Source of the DNA: Candidatus Woesearchaeota archaeon
Lineage (GTDB): Archaea; Nanobdellota; Nanobdellia; Woesearchaeales; ARS49
NCBI GenBank assembly: GCA_038850615.1
Contig: JAWCLR010000002.1
Location: forward strand, 1,798 to 65,797
Direction: 5' to 3'
Length of the DNA stretch: 64,000 nucleotides
Shown here piece by piece: positions 9,662 through 18,569 of the stretch. Numbering within the stretch: position 1 is the stretch's first letter; each line of letters starts with the position of its first letter. Both the position numbers and the translations under genes were made by a program. A model generated the notes under the pieces. The model was not told the origin of the DNA, searched no databases, and saw only the letters and a program-made list of their open reading frames with translations.

Positions 9662-10542
9662 TATATCTGCCTCAAAACGTTTCTCATATATATTCTATAC
9701 CATGCCATGAATGCGAAATACGCTGTGAACGCTATTGCGAGCGCGAACTTGCCCGTCCCTATGTGTATTGCCTGGCTGATGATTACGTAAACGATTAGTA
9801 TGTAGCAGTACGGTTGTGCGAATGCTGGAATCTTCCCAAGCCCCTTCCTGAACGCTTCAATAAGTGATTTTTTCATTTCCTGCACTTTTGCGTATGAATA
9901 ATGGAGCGCTGTGGTAAGGTGGGTGTACAAAAGCAATAGCACAATTATTACAGGGACTCCGCCTTCTGGCTTCATTGTTATCATAAAGAACAGCGCAAGC
10001 ACGGTCCATATGGTGTACCATACAAGGTTCAGCAGGCCAAGGCGCGCAAAAAACCCAAGTTCCGGCTTTTTGCCGAGCAAAACCAGCCAGACAAGCCCGC
10101 GCGATATTGTGTATACGATGATTGTGGCAAGGTAGAATGCAGCAAGCGCAATTCCTGAATAGAGGAAGAACTTGCCGAGAATTGTGTTGTATGCTGCAAG
10201 GCTTTCGGGTGCAAGCGATGGGCTTGCTGGTATTGCGTTGAGGGCTTCTGCATTTGCAAGGATTATTTTGTAAAGCAAGATTGTCAGCAATGCGCACGCA
10301 ACAAAAGTCATTGCGTCAATGAACATTATTATTGCAAATTCCTTTTTGAGCCTGAACGAAGTGATGACGTCCTTCAGGTTTTTCTTTGCAGAAGTGTTTG
10401 GTGCCAGCGCGAGTATCAGGCCTGCTATTGCAAGGATTATTGCATGGGACAATTGCTGCAGTTTCACTTGCACAATGATTGCGAGAATTATTAGAACGAT
10501 TCCTATAATTCGCGGTATTGTGATGATGTCTTTTGTTTTCAT
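9661..10542 (-). CDS. polytopic integral membrane protein (~293 aa, ~7-8 TM)
   Basis: ORF 9661..10656. ATG 10542 (MKTKDIITIPRIIGIVLIILAII) forms an ATGA overlap with the stop of the 680-aa gene. Repeated ~20-aa hydrophobic segments run throughout. Confidence 0.8.
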   Translation of the reverse strand: MKTKDIITIPRIIGIVLIILAIIVQVKLQQLSHAIILAIAGLILALAPNTSAKKNLKDVITSFRLKKEFAIIMFIDAMTFVACALLTILLYKIILANAEALNAIPASPSLAPESLAAYNTILGKFFLYSGIALAAFYLATIIVYTISRGLVWLVLLGKKPELGFFARLGLLNLVWYTIWTVLALFFMITMKPEGGVPVIIVLLLLYTHLTTALHYSYAKVQEMKKSLIEAFRKGLGKIPAFAQPYCYILIVYVIISQAIHIGTGKFALAIAFTAYFAFMAWYRIYMRNVLRQI

Positions 10543-12581
10543 ACGGTTGCTCCTGGAGCTGCCCCTGGCTGAGTGCCTGGCGGTGCAAGTTTTGTTTTTT
10601 CCGTAATTCCGTATGGCGCTGTTGCTCCGCCTGTGTATTGCACGATTTGGTTGCATATGTGGTCTTTGTGCTTGCCGTCAAATGTGTCAATGCTTGGATC
10701 AAACTCAATGCATACCTCTCGATAATCATTGGATGAGAGCTTCATGAGTGCTGCTGCGCCTGTTGCGCTCACGCTTCCACGCTTAGGCAGGTATTGGGGC
10801 TCTGGCCACCATCTTGCTGACCTTGTTGGGCCGTTGAAGACGATGTTGTATGTCATTCCTTCTTCTTCGCTTGGGTCTGAGAGCCCTAAAGTGACAGTGT
10901 ACACCCACATTGTCTCGTTTGGCGTTATGAACGGCAGTGAGCGCTGTCCCTCTATGTGCGCGACTGCCTCTGGGAATCCTCCGGCAGGCGATGAATAAAG
11001 TATTCCGTCGCGTGGCTCCTCAATGTCGTAATACCGCCCGCAAATCTTTGATATCAGGCATTGCTTGCCAAGCAGGCCTTTTGTGTATTCGCACATTACC
11101 TTGTTTATGCCGTCTCTCCACTTCTGGAGGAATTCCTCGTCAAAAATCAGGGATGACCATCCTGCCATTCCTGAGTACATCTGATAAAGCGCAACGGCGT
11201 CTGTCATGATGCCCGCGAGTGTTTGTCGTGCTGACTTTAATGCGTCTTCTGCTTTGGCAAGGTTCTGCCGTGCAATTGCCTCGTCCTTTACTGCCTTGTC
11301 TGCTGCCGCGACTGCCTCGTTGTATTTTTTTTCAGCATTCTTGATTTTGTTTTCGTCCCCTGTCGAGATGGCCTCTTCATATTCGTTTGATGCGTCTGCA
11401 AGCGCGTCCTGCTTGCTTTGCAGTTCCTTTGCTGCCTGCCTGACCTGGTTTTGCGCTTTTAGCACCGCTTCCCTTGCTTCTTTCACTGATAATTCCGCCG
11501 CCTGTATTTTTTCAGGCTCTTTTGCCCTTTCCGCCTGAGCTGCTGCTTTTGCGTCTGCCTTTTTGTTTTCATCTCTCGTTATTACAGCAGCTTGCAAGTC
11601 GCTCTCAGTTTCTGACTTTGGGGCTGCACTGGTGAACGCAACGTATTCCATGTTAGCCATTGTTTCAGGATCGCTTTCTTTAAGCGCCTTAATTTCTGTT
11701 TCTGTCAGGTCAAATGTTTCTTCATCCCTTGTCACGTAATATGTGTACTTTTTTGTTTCAGGGTTGTATTTTACTTCCACCATGGAAACGTCAAATGGCA
11801 GTTGTTCAGGCGATTTTGGCGCTGAGAGCCCGAAGGCGTTGTTTTTTGCCGAGAGTTCCTTGTAATACAATATTCTGGGCTCGCTTTCCCTGAGCGCTTC
11901 AACTTCAAATTGGGAAACAGGAACTGTCTCTCCTGACGGCGTTGTCCTGAAATAATCGTATTTGTCATGGGTGGCATCATACACTACGGTTATTGTTTCT
12001 ATGTCTGCTGTGTATATTCTTGGTTCTGCTGGTTTGGCCATTATTTCGGCTAGTGCCATTTGTGCTTCATTTAGTTTTTGCTGTGCTGCAATAATGTCTT
12101 CCTTGCTTGCTTCTCCCCTGCTGGCTGCTTCTTGGATTTCTGCAAGGTCCTTTTCTGCTTCCTGTACTGCGTACGCTCTTGTTATTGACAACGCCTGTGG
12201 GTCGGTCAGTTCTTCAGGAACTTGTTCAGGGGCTTGTGCTTTTCTTTCTGCAATTTCCCTCTCAAATTCCCTGCTCACTCTCGCAACGTATTCTTCCATT
12301 GTTTCTTTTTGGGTTGCAGAAGGCCCGCTGACTGCTTCAAAGCCTTGTTCAGGGCTTACATCGTATCTTATGACAACATCTGGCTCTATCAATCTGCCTT
12401 CGCGGTCGCACTTTTGCAGGCCGTAAATGTAGCCGCCGGCAGGATTATACCCCCAGCCGTAAACCTTGTAATACGTTTTGCCGTCAAAAATAATGTCATT
12501 GCCCACCCAGTGCTCTTGTGCAGCCGCAATGCTTGCGCTGAGCAAAAGGAAGATGATTGTTGCTGTTGCGAGCCTGTTCAT
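10539..12581 (-). CDS. secreted coiled-coil / Cys-rich protein (680 aa), unknown family
   Basis: Signal peptide MNRLATATIIFLLLSASIAAAQE. Two ~39-aa internal repeats. Long Ala/Glu/Lys-rich helical region. C-terminal Cys-containing domain carrying FLQKWRDGINKVMC. ATGA overlaps at both ends. Confidence 0.9.
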   Translation of the reverse strand: MNRLATATIIFLLLSASIAAAQEHWVGNDIIFDGKTYYKVYGWGYNPAGGYIYGLQKCDREGRLIEPDVVIRYDVSPEQGFEAVSGPSATQKETMEEYVARVSREFEREIAERKAQAPEQVPEELTDPQALSITRAYAVQEAEKDLAEIQEAASRGEASKEDIIAAQQKLNEAQMALAEIMAKPAEPRIYTADIETITVVYDATHDKYDYFRTTPSGETVPVSQFEVEALRESEPRILYYKELSAKNNAFGLSAPKSPEQLPFDVSMVEVKYNPETKKYTYYVTRDEETFDLTETEIKALKESDPETMANMEYVAFTSAAPKSETESDLQAAVITRDENKKADAKAAAQAERAKEPEKIQAAELSVKEAREAVLKAQNQVRQAAKELQSKQDALADASNEYEEAISTGDENKIKNAEKKYNEAVAAADKAVKDEAIARQNLAKAEDALKSARQTLAGIMTDAVALYQMYSGMAGWSSLIFDEEFLQKWRDGINKVMCEYTKGLLGKQCLISKICGRYYDIEEPRDGILYSSPAGGFPEAVAHIEGQRSLPFITPNETMWVYTVTLGLSDPSEEEGMTYNIVFNGPTRSARWWPEPQYLPKRGSVSATGAAALMKLSSNDYREVCIEFDPSIDTFDGKHKDHICNQIVQYTGGATAPYGITEKTKLAPPGTQPGAAPGATV

Positions 12582-15500
12582 GAGACCACCCTTGATTGCC
12601 TGCTTGCCTCAAATGACTTATACGCTTCCTTAAAGTCATCGCACCAATTGCTGCTTATTGAGCCAAAGTCGTCTTTGACGCTCTTGAAGCTTTTTATGTC
12701 GCGGACAGTGTCGCCGAGCTGCGCTATTATTGACATGACTGCGCAGGCCGTGTATGCCCAGTGCGTTCCTTTTGGCAAATTGCAGGCTGTCTGGCAGTCA
12801 AGTATGTATCCGATTCCGGCCATTGCAAGCACAAGCGGGTCAGAGAATATTCTTTTCCAGATTGTGATGTAATAATCGATGAGAGGCGCGAACGGAATGA
12901 GGTTGAATATTTCGCCGGTCACGAATGTGCACTGCATGTAGTGCCTTTGGTCCTTGCACACGCTGATAGGCATTCCTTGTTCGCGCACATCCTCAAGCAG
13001 GCAGAGCCCGTACCTGCATTCTATCTGGCGCCACTTGTCCAGGTTGTAAATGATTCCAGGAATGCATAACGGCGGTATTGCAATGCTGAATACGAGGCTG
13101 TCTTTCACGTTCAGGTACGCGTCAGGGTCTTGTATGTCAATGCCTGCCTCAGCTGTGGTTGCTCTCAAGCTACTCGCTCCAGGGTATCCCGAGATAAGCT
13201 TGTCCCATATTCCTTGCCCCGCAGCACTTGCGCCCTCAATGCCCAGCCCCAACGAGCTCATGAATCCTTCCTTGTCAAGGAAATCAAAGATTCCTGTCTG
13301 GCAGGTTATGAAGTTGCAGAATTTTTTTAGTGTTTCTAGGAGCTTGCTGTTGTACAGTTTGCGCGTGGTTTCTGCACTGTTGCATGATGTTCTTTCTACG
13401 GCGTGTATTGCCTGGCCGAGGTTCAGGCCTGCAATTCCGACTATTGGCAGGTTGTCTATGGTGTCTGCAGTGGCGCCGAGCAGCACCATTATGGAGGTCA
13501 TCAAGGATATCATGCCCATTACCATATTCAGTATCTGGCACAGGTTTTCTGAATACCTTATGTATTTCTGCATCTGGCCGATAAGATTCCATACGCCTTC
13601 TACCTTGTCAGCAACATCCTTGACGTCGCCGGCAACACTGTCGTGCGCCTCGCCAAGGGGTAGGTTGTAGAATTTGAGCATTACTGTCATGTTGTCGTGC
13701 TCAAAGTTCTGCGGGATAAAGCTGCCCACCCTTGTGAGTATTGATATCGGGCAAGTGAATGTGAGATTGTTGATTTTGTAGTCCCTCGCAACAAGTGAAA
13801 GCACAAGGTAGGGCTCTGTGCTGCCTGCAAAATTGTTCTCAATGCGCATGTCAGAGATGTATTCCATCTGGCCTGTGCATTCGCTGAAGTAGTCAAGCGG
13901 CCCTTGCACTGTCAATGGCATTGCGTTCTTGTTCGTGCTGGCGAGCTTTATGTGGCAGAATACGGGGTGCTCAAAGACAGAAAGTGTTGTGCGGTCAAGC
14001 AGTTCAGGCGAGCATTCTGTTGTTGCGGTCCAGTAGTTCGGGCTTGTCTCGTTGCTTATTCCAAGTATGTAAAGCTTGTTTGTTGCCAGCACCGCCTTGT
14101 TGCCTGCCTGGTCGAAGGAGCCAAACCTTATGAGTGTTGGCTGCGGCCCTGAAACAGCATTTGTCACGCCAAAAGTGCAGGTCCTTTGCGTCAGGTCGCC
14201 TTCGCAGCGCTCTGGCGCAACATCCTTGCCGCCGCCCAAGTCAGTGAAATCAGCGACTGCGCTTGTGAAGCCCATTCCCTGAACGACGAACTCAAGTGTT
14301 TCGCCAAGGGTGGTATAGTTTGTTTTAACGCGCTGTTGCCCCCTGAACGCTGCTATTTCTAAAAGCCTTACCCCCTCCGGGGCTGTCTTGTCAAACCTGA
14401 TTTTTGTTTGCAGTGTCTTTGTGACTTGGTTGTTGAGGTTGTCGCGTGTTGTGGGCAGAAGCTTTATTTCGTAGGTTCCGCTTGCTACTGTTGGCCTTAC
14501 GTTCCACTGGCATTTCCAAGTGCCTGTTGTTGTTTTTTCGCAGGCGTCTGCTTTTACTTCTGTGCCGATTCCGAACTGCCTGAGGTCAAGGAACGCATTG
14601 CGTTTGCTCATTCCAGAGCCTGTTTCAGTGAATTCGGCAAATATTGTGCCGTTTATGCCGAGCAACGGCGTTCCGTCTTCGTCTGCAAACTGCGTGCCCA
14701 GTGTTAACGGCTCTGGCGGGGTGTCATCAATGCCTATTGTGCACGTGAGTGTTTTTGCGTCCTTGTTGCCCATCAAGTCAGAGGCGTTCACTGTTACTTG
14801 GCATGTGCTTGGGGTTGTTATTGCAATGTTGCGCCAGACAAACCAGTCCCCTTTCTGTAGGTCCTTTGGCTTTTTGCCAAGCAAGGGATTGAGCTTTGAG
14901 AGGTCTGCGTAAACGCTTGCGGGATTGATGTCAGCATCAGGAATCCTCACGTACACGTCTGCTGTTATTTGCTGGTTGCTCCTGGCGTGCGTTATTGCAT
15001 ACCCTTCTGCGTCCCGGATTTCAAGCGCGTCAGGGGTTGGCTTGCGTGAGTCAATAAATATGTCCTGGCACGCAGGCATGCTCTTGTGATTAACATAGTC
15101 TGTTGCAACAGCGCACACAGTTAGCCTGCCGCTCTGCCCCTGTATTTGGGGCGTGAATGTGTAATTGCCGTCTTTAGTGCAGTTTGCAACGCCTGCTGAT
15201 GCCTGTAAGATTTGCGTGTTGTTGGCAGTGATGCTTACCTGCTTGATTCCGGAGCAGCCAGTTGTCTTGCCTGTTTCATAGCCGTAGTCTTCTGCTTTAT
15301 AAGTTATTTTCACAGGTTTTGCGCTTGAGCTCATGTTCGGCGTGACGCTAAAATGGGTGATTTTTGGTGGCAAAACATCAACCGTCAGCGTTTTTTCCAC
15401 TGAGGCGATTTCCCTGTTTTCCGCGTCAAAGAGCTTTATTGTGTAGGTGTCTGTTCCGCCGTAAATCAGGTTTGTTGTCTTGTAAGTGCACTGGTACACT

Positions 15501-15763
15501 GCCTGCGCTTGTGAAGTGCACGTGTTCATGAATGAATACGTGTCCTCGTAATACACGCGCGCTCTCTGCCTTGCAACCTCAGGCGTGGGGCTGCCGAGCA
15601 TTTCGGCAAGCACCTGTATTGTGAGTTCGTCATTCTCCTTTGCAAACCCGTTCACGTTGCTGGTGCCTGCGAATTTCTGCACTGTCAATTGCTGGGCAAA
15701 TGCTACAGGAAGCATCACTACTAGCCAGATTATGAGCCATGCCTGTAAAATTTTTTGTTTCAT
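12578..15763 (-). CDS. secreted Ig-like-repeat protein with hydrophobic Cys-rich C-terminal core (1061 aa)
   Basis: Signal peptide MKQKILQAWLIIWLVVMLPVAFAQQ. About 650 aa of beta-sandwich-like sequence. The C-terminal ~350 aa has hydrophobic helices and many Cys, including CIPGIIYNLDKWRQIECRYGLC. Confidence 0.9.
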   Translation of the reverse strand: MKQKILQAWLIIWLVVMLPVAFAQQLTVQKFAGTSNVNGFAKENDELTIQVLAEMLGSPTPEVARQRARVYYEDTYSFMNTCTSQAQAVYQCTYKTTNLIYGGTDTYTIKLFDAENREIASVEKTLTVDVLPPKITHFSVTPNMSSSAKPVKITYKAEDYGYETGKTTGCSGIKQVSITANNTQILQASAGVANCTKDGNYTFTPQIQGQSGRLTVCAVATDYVNHKSMPACQDIFIDSRKPTPDALEIRDAEGYAITHARSNQQITADVYVRIPDADINPASVYADLSKLNPLLGKKPKDLQKGDWFVWRNIAITTPSTCQVTVNASDLMGNKDAKTLTCTIGIDDTPPEPLTLGTQFADEDGTPLLGINGTIFAEFTETGSGMSKRNAFLDLRQFGIGTEVKADACEKTTTGTWKCQWNVRPTVASGTYEIKLLPTTRDNLNNQVTKTLQTKIRFDKTAPEGVRLLEIAAFRGQQRVKTNYTTLGETLEFVVQGMGFTSAVADFTDLGGGKDVAPERCEGDLTQRTCTFGVTNAVSGPQPTLIRFGSFDQAGNKAVLATNKLYILGISNETSPNYWTATTECSPELLDRTTLSVFEHPVFCHIKLASTNKNAMPLTVQGPLDYFSECTGQMEYISDMRIENNFAGSTEPYLVLSLVARDYKINNLTFTCPISILTRVGSFIPQNFEHDNMTVMLKFYNLPLGEAHDSVAGDVKDVADKVEGVWNLIGQMQKYIRYSENLCQILNMVMGMISLMTSIMVLLGATADTIDNLPIVGIAGLNLGQAIHAVERTSCNSAETTRKLYNSKLLETLKKFCNFITCQTGIFDFLDKEGFMSSLGLGIEGASAAGQGIWDKLISGYPGASSLRATTAEAGIDIQDPDAYLNVKDSLVFSIAIPPLCIPGIIYNLDKWRQIECRYGLCLLEDVREQGMPISVCKDQRHYMQCTFVTGEIFNLIPFAPLIDYYITIWKRIFSDPLVLAMAGIGYILDCQTACNLPKGTHWAYTACAVMSIIAQLGDTVRDIKSFKSVKDDFGSISSNWCDDFKEAYKSFEASRQSRVVS

Positions 15764-17934
15764 GTTATTCTTGGCGTAAGTATGTCCTTGTATTGTTCTG
15801 AGTAGCTGGCCAGGTTTCCCATTACCTGTACGTCTTCTATTTTTCTTTTGTCTATTGGAAGTACCTTGTCAAGTGCGAAATTGATGTAAGTGAACTCAAT
15901 GTTTTTTGCGTTCTTAAGCTCGTTTTCCGTGATGGTCCAGTCGTATTCTGCGTATCCTGAAAGCATTTGTTGTTCCTGCGTGAAGCGCACTTCGGGCAGG
16001 GTGTAGCTTCCTTTCCTGAACATGTCCTTGCGGTAGTAGCGCTTTTCAGCTGGTATCACGAGGTCCGGTGAGGGGTACAGGAAGCTGTAAATCGTTACGT
16101 GGTAATCGCCTGCATAGACAGGTATGTTTTTTGAGTTGTCTGCAGGCGGTGTTCCGCAGGGAATGTTTGCTTTTGAGACGGGTGCTCCGCAGACTTCGCC
16201 AAGGATGACAACCGGCTCCTCAAACTCAGGCCCTTTTCTTTCAAGCATTATGAATGTCTGCTCGCGGGGTCCCTGATTGAAGACTTGGCTGGTGTCAACA
16301 TCCCAGTTGCCATAGTTGTCATTTTTTGGGTCTGTTTCTTTTTTAAGCAGCCATTTTTTGACCGAAAAGTTAACTGGGTATGCGACGTTAAGTGTTAGGT
16401 CTATTGTTCGATCGCTGTTGTCTGTTATGTCAAGCGGCATTGTTGCTGGGGCATAGTCAGGGTGGCTTGCTGATACAAACCCGCCAATGCATCGCGGGAA
16501 TGTTGCAACAAGCGTTCCTTTGGCTGTTGAACCGATATGGCAGCTTTCTGTTCCGCAGGCATATGTGATTTCTGCTCCATCAACAGGCTGTCCTGCGCTT
16601 GTGACTGCATTGATTGTTATTTTTCCGCTTGCGCGCTGGTCAGGGTCGCAGAGCATTGATCTGCGCTCTTCCAGCGCGGGCATTTCAGGGAGTGTTCCAA
16701 GCTTTGCAAGGGGTTCGTTGTTGCGCAGGTTTGCCTCAAGGGCTATTCTGAATGTGTATCCTTCGCCTCCGAATGCGCCTGTGTCTGTCAGCTCCACGAT
16801 TACAGGATAGCTGATGTCGTATGCAAAATTGTATCTTTTTATTCCAAAGGCAAAGACCAGAAGGTTGTTAAACCCTTCTGCCTGGCAGAGCTGGCCGTTG
16901 CAGTTCAGGTCCATGTATGGCTTCCACCAGGGGAGGTAAGCGAATTTTGCGCTTATTCCTCTGTTTGTGCTGTCAAAGAGGGGGATTGTGAATCCTCTGT
17001 TGTACAGGGCATCGTAAAGCTTTGCGTCTTTGCCTGCTGGCGCGGTCAGGTAGATGTAATTGCTTGTGTCAGTGACTTTGAGCAGCGGTATGTGGCTTGC
17101 TAGCATCTCCCTTATTTTTTGCAGAACGCCGTATTTTGTCCATATTGTTCCAGGACCGTACTTGAATTCAAGGTCAGATACTGGTGGCAATGCGTTCTCG
17201 TCAGCTCTGCCGAAGACGTCAATGAGGGCACGTGTTGCGCGCTCAAGGAATGAGTGTTCTGCCTCCAATGCAGTGATTTTTGTTGCGAGGGAATACAGTT
17301 TTTTGAATGCAACAGGCAGTTCTGCGGCATATTTATCAAGCTTGAATGTTTCCCCTGCCCTTTTTACTTCAAGTGGATAAGTAAGTAGCACTATTATGTT
17401 TTCGTCAGTGATTTGCGTTTCTGTCTTCATCTTGCCTGTTGGCGTTATTGTGAATTGTTGTTCCTTGAACTGCTTTAATTCGCCAAGGCATTTTGGAAGT
17501 GTTCTTGTAATGTAAGTGTCAAGCTGTAATTTTATTTGTTCAAGGGTTGGGCGCTCTGTTGCAAACGTGCAGTCTTTCTTGCATGTGTTTTTTGCGTTCA
17601 TGTGCCACCAGTACGGCACAATCAGCTGTGATTCTGGTGCGAGCTGCAATGCTCTCCCTGCAGTGGGCTCAAACGTGTTGTATGGGTGGCGGGGGCTTAT
17701 GTAGCCGCCTCGCTGGCCAAGGCGCATTAGGCCGTCTTTTGCTGTTATCTTCAGGCAGTCCTGTATGAAGTCCCTTAATGGTTGCATTTCAGCAGGCACT
17801 TCTGCCATCCTAATGCGCTCTGCCTCAACAGGCGCTATTGCCGCTCTGGTTGTGAGATAAACATATATGCTGATTCCGATCAGGAGAAGTAGGCCGACAA
17901 TTATGAAAAGCGTCAACTGCCCCTTTTTTGTCAT
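15760..17934 (-). CDS. class-III-signal-peptide-like N-terminus protein (724 aa), first gene of giant operon
   Basis: N-terminus MTKKGQLTLFIIVGLLLLIGISIYVYL. Paralogous to 7685..9661 (for example VPYWWH / VPLWYY and FAYDISYPVIVELTD / FAYDIIYYVKASIRD). CarboxypepD_reg-like stretch GKITINAVTSAGQPVDGAEITY. Confidence 0.9.
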   Translation of the reverse strand: MTKKGQLTLFIIVGLLLLIGISIYVYLTTRAAIAPVEAERIRMAEVPAEMQPLRDFIQDCLKITAKDGLMRLGQRGGYISPRHPYNTFEPTAGRALQLAPESQLIVPYWWHMNAKNTCKKDCTFATERPTLEQIKLQLDTYITRTLPKCLGELKQFKEQQFTITPTGKMKTETQITDENIIVLLTYPLEVKRAGETFKLDKYAAELPVAFKKLYSLATKITALEAEHSFLERATRALIDVFGRADENALPPVSDLEFKYGPGTIWTKYGVLQKIREMLASHIPLLKVTDTSNYIYLTAPAGKDAKLYDALYNRGFTIPLFDSTNRGISAKFAYLPWWKPYMDLNCNGQLCQAEGFNNLLVFAFGIKRYNFAYDISYPVIVELTDTGAFGGEGYTFRIALEANLRNNEPLAKLGTLPEMPALEERRSMLCDPDQRASGKITINAVTSAGQPVDGAEITYACGTESCHIGSTAKGTLVATFPRCIGGFVSASHPDYAPATMPLDITDNSDRTIDLTLNVAYPVNFSVKKWLLKKETDPKNDNYGNWDVDTSQVFNQGPREQTFIMLERKGPEFEEPVVILGEVCGAPVSKANIPCGTPPADNSKNIPVYAGDYHVTIYSFLYPSPDLVIPAEKRYYRKDMFRKGSYTLPEVRFTQEQQMLSGYAEYDWTITENELKNAKNIEFTYINFALDKVLPIDKRKIEDVQVMGNLASYSEQYKDILTPRIT

Positions 17935-17979
17935 ACCAAACCCTTTTTTTCAATTATGCACGGAACAACCTTTGTTGGG

Positions 17980-17987
17980 TATATAAA
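17980..17987 (-). promoter_or_regulatory. TATA box candidate for giant operon
   Basis: Reads TTTATATA on the minus strand, about 46-53 nt upstream of ATG 17934, in the 137-nt divergent intergenic gap. Confidence 0.4.
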
Positions 17988-18041
17988 TTTAACTGTATAA
18001 TATAGACGGTGGCTGTTACCGTTTTGGAATGACGATAAATA

Positions 18042-18049
18042 TTTATATA
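18042..18049 (+). promoter_or_regulatory. TATA box candidate (leaderless 18072 gene)
   Basis: TTTATATA lies 23 nt upstream of ATG 18072. Confidence 0.5.
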
Positions 18050-18071
18050 CATTCCTGCAGGAAGGCAGGGC

Positions 18072-18356
18072 ATGGTTATTGGGGAACTGGTTGATTATTT
18101 GAAGGAGCACCTTGCTCTTGGTTATGATCTTCACGAGCTTAAGCTCCAACTGGTGCGGTATGGTCATTCTCCAAAGAATGTTGAGGAGGCGCTTGAGATT
18201 TTGAAGAGGGAGGCGTTGAATGAGCTTCCACAGCCGCCTTTGCCGCCAGCGAGTTCTGTTTCTGCTCACACGTGGCTTTTAATGCCTGCAATATTGTTTG
18301 TGTTGTTGTTTTCTATTGGCATGATTGTTTTTGTGCTTAGAAATCCAGCGCTGTAG
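18072..18356 (+). CDS. small C-terminally anchored membrane protein (94 aa)
   Basis: ATG ORF with a TATA box at -23. C-terminal TM helix WLLMPAILFVLLFSIGMIVFVL. Confidence 0.55.
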   Translation: MVIGELVDYLKEHLALGYDLHELKLQLVRYGHSPKNVEEALEILKREALNELPQPPLPPASSVSAHTWLLMPAILFVLLFSIGMIVFVLRNPAL

Positions 18357-18403
18357 GTTTGTTGGTTCTGAAGTTGTTTGAGTAAAATTAATTGTTTTGA
18401 TTT

Positions 18404-18562
18404 TTACATCTTTGCCCTTATCATTTCAAGGGTTGCCGCGACATTGCGCAGAATTTCAGCATCTTCTTCTCTTGCTATTCCGTCTTCTATCCTTTTTGCA
18501 ACGCTCCTGATTAGCGCAATCGCGTTTCTCATGTTTGTTTTTTCAACAGATTCAATTGCCAT
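18404..18562 (-). CDS. small helical protein (52 aa), not in ORF track
   Basis: ATG at 18562 lies 8 nt after the stop of 18570..19229. Translation: MAIESVEKTNMRNAIALIRSVAKRIEDGIAREEDAEILRNVAATLEMIRAKM. Confidence 0.35.
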   Translation of the reverse strand: MAIESVEKTNMRNAIALIRSVAKRIEDGIAREEDAEILRNVAATLEMIRAKM

Positions 18563-18569
18563 TTTTCAA

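Noticed and set aside
7868-17768. Plus-strand and alternate-frame ORFs across the rest of the giant operon, for example 8669..9148, 11962..12426, 12222..12872, 13050..13670 and 16487..16810.
   Set aside because: They are antisense or overlapping with long minus-strand ORFs of coherent composition, and they have no independent start signals.
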